Shown here: positions 27,088 through 35,612 of the stretch, one piece after another
Numbering within the stretch: position 1 is the first letter of the stretch
Layout of the letters: every line of letters starts with the position of its first letter
Assembly (NCBI GenBank): GCA_964645535.1
Contig: CAZYCQ010000003.1
Span: forward strand, 1-64,000
DNA: 64,000 bases
Reading direction: 5' to 3'
From: an uncultured archaeon
GTDB taxonomy: Archaea > Asgardarchaeota > Heimdallarchaeia > Heimdallarchaeales > Kariarchaeaceae
Notes under the pieces: model-generated
What the model was told of the DNA's origin: nothing
What the model saw: only the letters and a program-made list of their open reading frames with translations
The model's database searches: none
Program-made: the position numbers and the translations under genes

Positions 27088-29415
27088 TTATGATGCAAGA
27101 CTCATTTGTGCCAAGTTTGCCTGTATGGAATCAAATTTAGATTCGATAAATGTAAGTGCGTCATTGAAATCAGTCAAAGTTTGAGTTATTCCATTATCAG
27201 CAACATATTGGGAGGGATCAGCCAAAATTGTCTTGATTTTGCCCATTCCTTGTGGTCCCTGGATATCTTTTATATCCTGGATTATGCCACTCATTGATGA
27301 GTCGACATTTGAAAGTTGTGTCATACCTCCTTCGACAAAGGCCAATGTCAGATTACCTTTTGCATTGGTGATAAACACAACCGAATCATTGAGTCGACCG
27401 TCCGCATCTGTAAGGTTTGCATCCATATTTGGTGCTCGGTTGTTCAGTTCAGCAATTTTCGATGCATCATCTGGTTGCGATTGAATGACTTCAACATCTG
27501 TTTTAATACTATTAACATCAATTTGGATGTTTTTCATTTCTTTGGCCATCAGGATGATGTTCCTAAAGGCATGAGCCAAATAAATGAAGTTCTGTGAGTT
27601 TTGTGTCACATTGAAAGAAGCAAGGAGCGAAGTAAACTGTAAGGCAGGTTGGGTGAACAGACCATAGTATCCCGGATCTTCAGCATTCTTTGACATATTG
27701 TCCAAGGATGCTTGAAGAGAAAAGGCTGTTTGGTTCAAGACAATTGAATCGTTCAAGACCTGACCAAGTGAATCAAACGAATTGTCATATTCATCATCTG
27801 TAATCGTGGTGAAATTCTTTGTTGGATCAGTGAAAATCGACAATGATTGGTTTGTCAATTCGAGAACAGGAACAATTTGAGAACCGAAATTACCGAGATT
27901 AATAGCAACATCACTGGCATCTTTCAGAAAGTTGATGGAGGAGGACACTTGTTCCTTGACACCAGAAATGAGTGTAGTATTCGATTCAAGCTTTTGGAAA
28001 TTGTCAAAAGCAGGATCATTCAAGGCATTCCTGAAAATAGTTAGGTTGCTCACTACATTTTCGAAGAAGGAACCCGTTCCTGAAAAGTCTGTTTTATCTC
28101 CAATTTTTGAAGCAGCTTGATGAAGTTCCCTTGTTCCTAAAAGGAGATGAATAAGAGCAGCCCTTTCTGAAAGTTGTCCATTAACCTCAACAGGATTGAT
28201 CAAGACTGCGAACATATCAATCGTCGCATTGAAAATTTTGGCTCCTTCTTGAATGAGGACAACTTGTTCTCCAATACCTTGATCTCCAAGAGATGCTTGA
28301 AGCTCGTCCACTTTGATTTGAGCCATCTTTGACACTCCCGCCTTGATGTCATCAAGGGAATCACTGATATTTTGCATCCCTATTTCAATATATCTAAGAC
28401 CTTCCTCAAATTGATCTTCTGTTTGAGCCATGGCAAGACCGGTCAATGCACTTGTACCAAATTCAGAGAAAGCTTTTTCGAAACCGATCTTAAGATTGCC
28501 AAAGCCAACGACTAAAGGCCCAACTCCGTTTGCAAGGTCAACAATACTATCAACCAAGTTGAAGCCTTCCGAAACAAGGACAGAATATTGTGGTGCAGAG
28601 GCATCTACTATTGAATTGATCCCCAGACCTTGTAGACTTGTCAAAACTTCTCTAGCGTCTTTGAACCAAAATGTTGCATTGGCAAAATAATCATCAACCA
28701 GCGAGAAATTGCCGGTTTCGAAATTATTTTGCAATTCTTGAAATCCTTGACTCATGTAGGCTCCACCCAAAGCCATGTCTCCACCAAACTGTGATAATCC
28801 AGAAGCAACAGTCATGGAATATGGCAAAGCGATGACACCAATCACCAAAAAAATGATTGTGAATATGATGGAAAAGATGATGAGAACATTGGGTTTCTTT
28901 GAGAACATTCTTACTAAGAGGGTGAGTCCTATGCCCCCAATCATCATCGCAATTAAAGCCACCACTACATCAATAACAAATAAGTAATCTTTGTATTGAT
29001 TTGCCAAAGTCAGATTATCTCCCAATTGGGTAGACAATTGTTCATTAGCTGCCGCAACTTTAAGCATTTCATTGACAACCGGTGAAAGGTAAACAAATAG
29101 ACCAAACAAGTCTGTAAATATTGATGGAAGAACCCTTGGAGGAGCAAAGCTAAATGCAACAACAAGAGGGATCCCCAACAACATCTTCAGGATACTTTTG
29201 GTGAAGAGAGCCAAAATGAAAATTACCAAAACACCAAGCATATAGGCAATTAATCGATGAACCATATTGGTGTCTGGTGATAAAGCAAAGGTAACTACAA
29301 CCTCAAGAACTAACATAGCGATTATTGAAAAGAGAAGACCCTTGAGCAGAGAGCCTTTGATTTTTCCACTTTCCTTTTCTTCGAGACCAAAATCATGATC
29401 ATAGTCTTCAGACAT
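27088..29415 (-). CDS. Membrane glycoprotein: about 5 N-terminal TM helices plus a helical ectodomain of about 570 aa
   Basis: Five hydrophobic segments in the first ~200 aa with basic cytoplasmic loops (FTKSILK, RMFSKKP); 16 N-x-S/T sequons, all on the predicted outer side. Confidence 0.75.
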   Translation of the reverse strand: MSEDYDHDFGLEEKESGKIKGSLLKGLLFSIIAMLVLEVVVTFALSPDTNMVHRLIAYMLGVLVIFILALFTKSILKMLLGIPLVVAFSFAPPRVLPSIFTDLFGLFVYLSPVVNEMLKVAAANEQLSTQLGDNLTLANQYKDYLFVIDVVVALIAMMIGGIGLTLLVRMFSKKPNVLIIFSIIFTIIFLVIGVIALPYSMTVASGLSQFGGDMALGGAYMSQGFQELQNNFETGNFSLVDDYFANATFWFKDAREVLTSLQGLGINSIVDASAPQYSVLVSEGFNLVDSIVDLANGVGPLVVGFGNLKIGFEKAFSEFGTSALTGLAMAQTEDQFEEGLRYIEIGMQNISDSLDDIKAGVSKMAQIKVDELQASLGDQGIGEQVVLIQEGAKIFNATIDMFAVLINPVEVNGQLSERAALIHLLLGTRELHQAASKIGDKTDFSGTGSFFENVVSNLTIFRNALNDPAFDNFQKLESNTTLISGVKEQVSSSINFLKDASDVAINLGNFGSQIVPVLELTNQSLSIFTDPTKNFTTITDDEYDNSFDSLGQVLNDSIVLNQTAFSLQASLDNMSKNAEDPGYYGLFTQPALQFTSLLASFNVTQNSQNFIYLAHAFRNIILMAKEMKNIQIDVNSIKTDVEVIQSQPDDASKIAELNNRAPNMDANLTDADGRLNDSVVFITNAKGNLTLAFVEGGMTQLSNVDSSMSGIIQDIKDIQGPQGMGKIKTILADPSQYVADNGITQTLTDFNDALTFIESKFDSIQANLAQMSLAS

Positions 29416-29477
29416 AATTTAAATGGTTATATTTTCTCTAAAAAACTTATTCGAAAAAAACTTCTAAAAAAGATTAT

Positions 29478-29909
29478 TTAAAGCAATTTTAATGCTTTGG
29501 TGATTGCATCAACCTGATCTGCTGGAGCGGGGCCAATTGCGATTGCAGTTGTGGTGCCAGGTTCCAACTGTGTTAGTCCTGCATCGTTTATTATCGATAC
29601 AGGTAATTTTTTGCTTTGAGCCTGCTGAAACAAACCTCTCAATTCTTCTTCACTATTGACTTTACAGACTACCTTTTTGCTTCCCAAACGTTCCCACCTA
29701 TCAAACCATTGTGGATGTTGGCGTTTTGCTTTAAATGCTGCTCTGACAGCGGCATGTGCACCCTGTGCAACCATCTTCCCTTTTCCCATCTTTAGATCCG
29801 TTCGTAAGACAATAACTTGTTTGGCTTCAAAATTCGTTGTTTTAACAAATGGAATTCTCATTTTCTTGTATTGAGTTTCGTCCGTTAAAGGTTTATTGAA
29901 TGGGTTCAT
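29478..29909 (-). CDS. pth2: Peptidyl-tRNA hydrolase Pth2
   Basis: KQVIVLRTDLKMGKGKMVAQGAHAA, KKVVCKV, DAGLTQLEPGTTTAIAIGP. Confidence 0.97.
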   Translation of the reverse strand: MNPFNKPLTDETQYKKMRIPFVKTTNFEAKQVIVLRTDLKMGKGKMVAQGAHAAVRAAFKAKRQHPQWFDRWERLGSKKVVCKVNSEEELRGLFQQAQSKKLPVSIINDAGLTQLEPGTTTAIAIGPAPADQVDAITKALKLL

Positions 29910-30214
29910 TCAATGAGATCTAAAATTATCCCGTCCTCTGGAGGCCACCGTCTTTCCTCCACTTCTGTCCTACAGATAAGGCATCGGTATATCACACGTT
30001 CTGCCTGTTCCATATCATCATAGACAAAGTCCTGTATCAGGCCCCTATCACAGAGGATATCATGTTTGCATGCAGGACAGTAGTAATAGAATTTAGGATC
30101 ACTTGGTTTTCTCGGTTTCCATAGATAGATGGAACATTGGGAACAGACTTTTCTCGAATCGCATCTCAAGTGATGGGCAATAACGACCATATTGTACTTA
30201 TGAATTCCTATCAA
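29906..30214 (-). CDS. Cys-rich (probable double Zn-finger) hypothetical protein
   Basis: HLRC, CSQC, CPAC, LC, CLIC; ATGA overlap with pth2; start may be the ATG at 30190. Confidence 0.65.
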   Translation of the reverse strand: MIGIHKYNMVVIAHHLRCDSRKVCSQCSIYLWKPRKPSDPKFYYYCPACKHDILCDRGLIQDFVYDDMEQAERVIYRCLICRTEVEERRWPPEDGIILDLIE

Positions 30215-30294
30215 ATTAAACGTTGCCTAATAAAAAGATAGGTGTGGTTTTGAAATCAACTATACCTATTAATAGGATTTAGGCTCTTGATTGT

Positions 30295-31527
30295 TTGATG
30301 GAGGATCACTATGATGTAATTATTGTGGGAGGATCTGCCAATGGCGCTCAAACAGCAAGAAGCATTGCAGAAGAGGGATTATCTGTCCTCGTAATTGAAG
30401 ATCATCCAGAAATAGGTCTTCCAGAACATTGTTCCGGACTTTTCAGCTATAGTGGCCTTGAAATTCTAGATTCCATTCCTCCAGATGATATAATATACAA
30501 CCATGACATTTATGGAGCTAGGCTCATCGCACCCAATGGAAAAACATTGACCGTTCGAAAACAGGAAAGACATGCTCTTGTTTGCAATCGTGCGGCTTTT
30601 GACAAGTTCCTCATAGAAAAAGCGAAATTACTTGGTGCCGAAATCCTCCAACCATATCGAGCGACTGATGCGTTTCGCAACAATGGAATGATTGAAGTGG
30701 TAGCACATGATCGATCTGGAGATAAAATCTCAGTCTCGGGAAAGATTTTGATATCTGCTGAAGGTATTAGGGGAAAAATTGCTTCAAAATTAGGTCTTTC
30801 ACCTCCAAGTAAAAAATCATTGGTCAATGCAGCCCAATTCTTTATTCGAGGTCTAAGTGATTTAGATCCTCAACTTGTGGAAGTATACCAAACACAGGAA
30901 TTTGCCAAAGATTTTTTTGGATGGATTATTCCAATGGATCATGAGACTGCAAAAGTCGGTTTGGGAACATCACACCAAGGAGCGGCAAAGGCGTTGGAAC
31001 AGATGATGCAAAACCATCCAGTATTATCAAGAAAGGTGGAGGGAGGTGATGTTTTCTATAGGATAGCTGGAAGGATTCCTGTGACTGGTCCTGTGAAACG
31101 AACCTATGCAGATAATTTCCTGCTCGTCGGGGATGTGGCTGGACAGACAAAACCAACTACAGGGGGTGGTGTAATACTCGGTGGAATTGCAGGCAGAATT
31201 GCAGGAAAGGTTGCGGTTGAAGCAATTCGAGCAGGACGGACAGATGCAAAATTCCTTAAGAGATATGAGAAAAGATGGAAAAAACAGATGTATCGAAATC
31301 TCTTTCTTCAAAGGAAGGTGAGGAATTATATGAACCTCCTGTCGGATCGCGAAATGAATCAGTTTTTCGATAAGCTTGAGGACAAGGGTCTTCTCCGTAA
31401 GATTGAAGAACATGGAGATGTAGATAATCAAGGAAAACTGGCCATTAAGCTTCTTACAACCTTTTCTCTTTATCCGTATTATCTACGAACAAGCTTGAAA
31501 CTACTGAAAGCGGTTTTGCAAAAATGA
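30295..31527 (+). CDS. Geranylgeranyl reductase family flavoprotein
   Basis: YDVIIVGG Rossmann start, PEHCSG, RAAFDK, FGWIIP, VGDVAGQTKPTTGGG. Confidence 0.9.
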   Translation: MMEDHYDVIIVGGSANGAQTARSIAEEGLSVLVIEDHPEIGLPEHCSGLFSYSGLEILDSIPPDDIIYNHDIYGARLIAPNGKTLTVRKQERHALVCNRAAFDKFLIEKAKLLGAEILQPYRATDAFRNNGMIEVVAHDRSGDKISVSGKILISAEGIRGKIASKLGLSPPSKKSLVNAAQFFIRGLSDLDPQLVEVYQTQEFAKDFFGWIIPMDHETAKVGLGTSHQGAAKALEQMMQNHPVLSRKVEGGDVFYRIAGRIPVTGPVKRTYADNFLLVGDVAGQTKPTTGGGVILGGIAGRIAGKVAVEAIRAGRTDAKFLKRYEKRWKKQMYRNLFLQRKVRNYMNLLSDREMNQFFDKLEDKGLLRKIEEHGDVDNQGKLAIKLLTTFSLYPYYLRTSLKLLKAVLQK

Positions 31528-31609
31528 GATGAAAGAACAATTTAGTTGGAAAACTGAATGGTTGAATTCAAATAAATTAATATGCAGGTTTTTTCAACAC
31601 TTGGTGTCA

Positions 31610-32563
31610 ATGGCTTCAGAATATATTATCCAAACCCACAACCTGTCAAAGTTTATTCAAACCAAACCAATTGTATATAGAATGAACTTATCCATTCCAA
31701 AAGGATCCATGTTTGGTCTTCTCGGACCCAACGGGGCAGGAAAGTCCACTGCCCTGAAGCTGTTGACTGGAAGAATTAAGGCAACGAGTGGAGTTGTCGA
31801 AATAATGGGAATGAACCCTTGGAAACAACGTAGGGAACTTTTCAAACATGTGGGTTACCTCCCTCAAAACCCAGTCCAGCCACCAGAGAAAACAGTTTTG
31901 CAATTTATGGTTCTTATGGCAAGACTCAAGGGATTTGGAAAGAAAGAAGCCTATACGGAAGCCAGGGAAATATTAGCACAAGTTGGACTAGGACGTTTGG
32001 AGAATCTAAATGTCATGAAATTAAGTGGAGGACAAAAACAACGCTTGGGTTTTGCCAATGCCTTGATTGGAGAACCCGAAATATTGATTCTTGATGAACC
32101 TACCGCAAGCCTTGATCCGGAAGGAAGAATCTATGTAATGGAGCTTATTGCAGACTATGCTAAATCAGGCAACAGAACGGTTCTCATTTCATCCCATATT
32201 CTTCCGGAGATCCAGAGGATGACAAATCATATCGCAATTTTGGCGGATGGTAAAGTGCTGGCACAAGGTCCAATGTGGGAGCTTACAAACCGAGTTTATG
32301 ATGATGATTATGAAATCCAATGCTCCCATCCGGATCAGTTACTTCAAAGGTTATTGCAGGAAGGATATGAGGCAAGTTTGGAAAATGGGACAATTTATGT
32401 ATCAAATATAGAGAATCTTCATGGGTTCTGGAAAGAAATTCCCAAAATTTGCAGCGAAAACAACTGGGAACTGCTTTCACTGAAACCATCACATGATGCC
32501 CTTGAACAGGTTTTTCTCAATTATGTTCGCCGTCCCACAATGGAAGAGGTGATGACCACATGA
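31610..32563 (+). CDS. ABC-2 type exporter ATP-binding subunit
   Basis: GPNGAGKST, LSGGQKQR, LILDEPT, SSH. ATG at 31610 (MASEYII) with GGTG SD preferred over 31529. Confidence 0.93.
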   Translation: MASEYIIQTHNLSKFIQTKPIVYRMNLSIPKGSMFGLLGPNGAGKSTALKLLTGRIKATSGVVEIMGMNPWKQRRELFKHVGYLPQNPVQPPEKTVLQFMVLMARLKGFGKKEAYTEAREILAQVGLGRLENLNVMKLSGGQKQRLGFANALIGEPEILILDEPTASLDPEGRIYVMELIADYAKSGNRTVLISSHILPEIQRMTNHIAILADGKVLAQGPMWELTNRVYDDDYEIQCSHPDQLLQRLLQEGYEASLENGTIYVSNIENLHGFWKEIPKICSENNWELLSLKPSHDALEQVFLNYVRRPTMEEVMTT

Positions 32564-33405
32564 AGCATTCATTCACGCTAAAACCGGTATTAGGCATGAT
32601 TTTAAGATCCATCCGAGAAATTCATATAATTTCCATGGATGTATTCAATTCCAACCTACGTGAAAGAAAAATACTTCTTGCGGTTCTTTATTATGTCCTT
32701 ACCCCTTTGGTCAATCTCCTTGTTCTTTCATTCGTTCCAATCGTACAGAAAGGAACAGGAATTGCAATTTTCCAGGCTCAGTTTGCCACAACAGAGCTTA
32801 TAAAGACCTATTTCGTAAGTTTCTTTCTCGGTCAGATTCTTATCGCCTTGTTAACAGCGGACCAGATTGCGGGAGAAGTGGAAAGGGAAACGCTTGTCCT
32901 GTTGAGATCAAAACCAATCCATGATGCATCTGTAGTTATAGGGAAATATCTGGGAATGATGTATACATTATGTTTAATGATCCTTCCCGTTTCAGTTACG
33001 TATTACTTTTCAGTTCTTGGAATCTATGGGGCAACTTGGCCAGAAACTTTCGTACGAAGCCTTGATGAGATCCTTGCAGTGGCATTTCTGATTGTTCTTA
33101 TGTTGGGAGTGGTAATATCCCTTGCCATCTTAGCTTCTTCCATTTTCAACAAGAGTTTGCATGCCATCATTGCAACCTTGCTGGGAATTTTTGGAATTAA
33201 CCTCCTAGGAGATGCCATCTTTGGAAAAAACAATTACATGTCCCTGTCATGGTATGTTGATGCCATTTTCCCAAATATCTTCTACAACTTGGAACCTCTT
33301 GAAGATGTCCCAAACGGGATTTATTTGACTGCTTTGCTTTTGAGCATAAATGTGATTATAGTCTTTCTATCTTCGGCAATTCTAATCAACAAGGAAATTT
33401 ATTGA
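32560..33405 (+). CDS. ABC-2 type permease
   Basis: Six TM segments and the IAGEVERETLVLLRSKPI...GKY signature; ATGA overlap with the ATPase. Confidence 0.88.
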   Translation: MKHSFTLKPVLGMILRSIREIHIISMDVFNSNLRERKILLAVLYYVLTPLVNLLVLSFVPIVQKGTGIAIFQAQFATTELIKTYFVSFFLGQILIALLTADQIAGEVERETLVLLRSKPIHDASVVIGKYLGMMYTLCLMILPVSVTYYFSVLGIYGATWPETFVRSLDEILAVAFLIVLMLGVVISLAILASSIFNKSLHAIIATLLGIFGINLLGDAIFGKNNYMSLSWYVDAIFPNIFYNLEPLEDVPNGIYLTALLLSINVIIVFLSSAILINKEIY

Positions 33406-33408
33406 GAA

Positions 33409-33861
33409 ATGATGATGAAAGGTTTTTTCATTAAGAAGGAAGCCATTCCCAAGGATTTCTTGATCAAACTTCAAAACGAAATCTTGGAAAATGATACTGC
33501 CAACAAGATAGGAGCACTGACAAGCTTTGTTGGAGTCGTCAGATCAACATCTGAAAGTGAAGAAAAGCAAGTCATAAGAATGGAAGTTGAGGCATGGGAG
33601 GAGGAAGGGGATTCTTATTTGAACACCATTGTCGAGGATCTAATACTTTCTACAGGAATAATCGATGCTAGACTAGTCCATGTTCATGGACATCTTAATT
33701 TGGGAGACCCTATTGTTTACCTAGTATTGGCCTCTTCTCATAGGAAGGAGGCATTTGCAGCTTTGGAACCTTTTATTGAAGCATATAAAAACAAAGCACC
33801 GGTGTGGAAGAAAGAAATTTACTCTGATGGCACTACCAAATGGATACGAACAGCCCATTAG
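33409..33861 (+). CDS. moaE: Molybdopterin synthase catalytic subunit
   Basis: GALTSFVGVVR, HVHGHLNLGD, SSHRKEAF, APVWKKE. Confidence 0.92.
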   Translation: MMMKGFFIKKEAIPKDFLIKLQNEILENDTANKIGALTSFVGVVRSTSESEEKQVIRMEVEAWEEEGDSYLNTIVEDLILSTGIIDARLVHVHGHLNLGDPIVYLVLASSHRKEAFAALEPFIEAYKNKAPVWKKEIYSDGTTKWIRTAH

Positions 33862-34346
33862 CTTTCCTTGTAAAGTTGTTGGATAACATGGCCTAAGATA
33901 GCACCTAATAATCTCACTCCAGTTTGGGTTGCGTCGGGAGAACCAGGTATCCCTGCAACCAAGGATTTGTTGACTGTGCCAGCTATCGCCCTGCTCAACA
34001 TTCCGAAATTTCCTATTTTTTTGATCGATAATCTCCTGAACTCCTCTCCAAACCCAAAGATCTCTTTTTCAACCAATGCACTTATTGCCTCATAGGTAAC
34101 GTCTCTTTTCGAAATTCCAGTCCCTCCAATGAAAAGGATAAGATGAGTTTTCTTTGATGCCTCCTGTTCTATCTTTGTTTTTAATGCATTCAGATCATCA
34201 GGTAAATAATCAAGATTGCTTCTTCCAATCCCTAATTCCGTTAACGTTTCCACTGCAATTATCCCACTTTCATCGTTTTCCAACAGATCGGGATTGTTGA
34301 ACAATGAATCACTCACTATTGTTATTGCAGCAGTCATATCTTCCAT
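33858..34346 (-). CDS. moaB: Molybdopterin adenylyltransferase MoaB/MogA family
   Basis: ITIVSD, DESG, PDD, GGTGISKRDVTYEA, GFGEEFR, MLSRAIAG, PGSP. Confidence 0.9.
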   Translation of the reverse strand: MEDMTAAITIVSDSLFNNPDLLENDESGIIAVETLTELGIGRSNLDYLPDDLNALKTKIEQEASKKTHLILFIGGTGISKRDVTYEAISALVEKEIFGFGEEFRRLSIKKIGNFGMLSRAIAGTVNKSLVAGIPGSPDATQTGVRLLGAILGHVIQQLYKES

Positions 34347-34377
34347 TGAAATTGATGAATGTTCTTTCCATGAAATT

Positions 34378-34818
34378 TTAATCTACCTCCAAAGGGGTCT
34401 TTTTCTTTGACACAACTTCAATTCTTTCGATTTTTGCAATAGGGTAATTTCCAGTCTCATCCTTTTCGTACCGTTTTGAAACATCGAAAATGGCCAGTAA
34501 CGCCGCCATTACTCCATGAACCGCTTCAATTTCAACACCGGTCTTGTCTATCGCCTTGACTTTAACTGTACAGATCACTCGATCGTCCATAACCTCAAAA
34601 GAAACCTTTGTGCTTGTTATTTGAATTGGATGGCACATGAATACAAATTCAGGGGTTTTTTTTACGGCATGGATCGCAGCAAGCCTTGCATTTTCAAGAA
34701 CATCGCCTTTTGGATTTGTCCTTTGCCGGATATGGGAAATCGAAACAGGACCCAAAATCACTTCCCCTTTTGCAATTGCTTCCCTCAACATGGGTTTTTT
34801 GTCTGCAATGTCAATCAT
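34378..34818 (-). CDS. moaC: Cyclic pyranopterin monophosphate synthase
   Basis: MIDIADK, REAIAKG, KGDVL, AVKKTPEFVFMCHPI, KTGVEIEA. Start placed at MIDI; the ORF track extends to 34890. Confidence 0.93.
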   Translation of the reverse strand: MIDIADKKPMLREAIAKGEVILGPVSISHIRQRTNPKGDVLENARLAAIHAVKKTPEFVFMCHPIQITSTKVSFEVMDDRVICTVKVKAIDKTGVEIEAVHGVMAALLAIFDVSKRYEKDETGNYPIAKIERIEVVSKKKTPLEVD

Positions 34819-34985
34819 TCCAATTTCCTTTATGGAACTCACAAATTGAACAACATGAAAAAATACAAAAACACTCAGATGAATTTTCAAGCTGATGGAG
34901 GATTTGAATCAAAAAAACGTGCAATTCTCTCTGAAAAATAAGAAGTTGGGAAGCCTACATATACCATTATTATTATATAGAAATT

Positions 34986-35198
34986 ATGACAAATATTGAG
35001 GAAGATGAAATCGTCGATGGTTTGATGGCCATTCATATGGAAGGTTATGAAGCAATTGAGAAAGTCGTAAAACAATCAGGAAATTCAGGAAGGGTATATC
35101 TCCCTTCATCTTGGGTAGGGTGTGTTGTAAAAGTCATTCGATTGACTCCTATTAAGAATAGCATAGATACAAATAACAAGGAAAAGGAAACCAAATAA
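34986..35198 (+). CDS. DUF2080-like small protein (AbrB-like swapped hairpin, often transposon-associated)
   Basis: EKVVKQSGNSGRVYLPSSWVGCVVKVIRL matches the K.V...GNSG.VY.P..W.G..V.VI family pattern. Confidence 0.8.
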   Translation: MTNIEEDEIVDGLMAIHMEGYEAIEKVVKQSGNSGRVYLPSSWVGCVVKVIRLTPIKNSIDTNNKEKETK

Positions 35199-35383
35199 TG
35201 AAATGGATCATTCCTCTGGTCTCAACCTTAGTCTTGGTTTCCCTAATCACAGTTCAGGGACAGGATGACACTCCAGAGACCAACAGAAATTTCATTATCC
35301 AGCATGAGGTTCTTTCATTTTCTGCTTTTTTTGTCATTGTCATTGTGGTTTGGCTTCGTAGACGTCGTTTTCAGTCCCAATAA
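35198..35383 (+). CDS. Membrane micro-protein: signal peptide, ~15 aa spacer, TM helix, RRRR
   Basis: MKWIIPLVSTLVLVSLITVQG / QDDTPETNR... / LSFSAFFVIVIVVWL / RRRRFQSQ; TAATG coupling to the upstream gene. Confidence 0.6.
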   Translation: MKWIIPLVSTLVLVSLITVQGQDDTPETNRNFIIQHEVLSFSAFFVIVIVVWLRRRRFQSQ

Positions 35384-35441
35384 ACCTTGTATCCTTCATG
35401 AGTACTCCGCGGTGTTAGGTCACCACAGTTCGATCTTCTTT

Positions 35442-35498
35442 TGAACATTGTTTAATATTTTGCACACTGTTCCCACCTAAATGAACATTGTTTAAATA
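35442..35498 (+). promoter_or_regulatory. Tandem 14-bp near-palindromic repeat TGAACATTGTTTAA overlapping a TATA box upstream of the giant-protein operon
   Basis: Exact copies at 35442-35455 and 35482-35495 (40 bp period). The first copy reads TTGAACA-T-TGTTTAA with one dyad mismatch; the second runs into TTTAAATA (35491-35498). Confidence 0.65.
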
Positions 35499-35612
35499 GA
35501 TGGGATTACCTATAGAAGCATTCGATACATCCACAAATCAAAATTGCGCTTAGAAGCATTCACAGTGCAATTTTGGTTTGCGGGTGCGCAACACGAGGTG
35601 GAAAATCTCCTG

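Noticed and set aside
31610-33405. ABC-2 exporter as the dedicated secretion system for the giant proteins
   Set aside because: It is separated from them by moaE/moaB/moaC, and both giants have ordinary Sec-type signal peptides.
35400-35440. tRNA-like fragment (GGTG..CACC hairpin followed by GTTCGATC)
   Set aside because: No complementary T-stem, acceptor stem or cloverleaf can be built.
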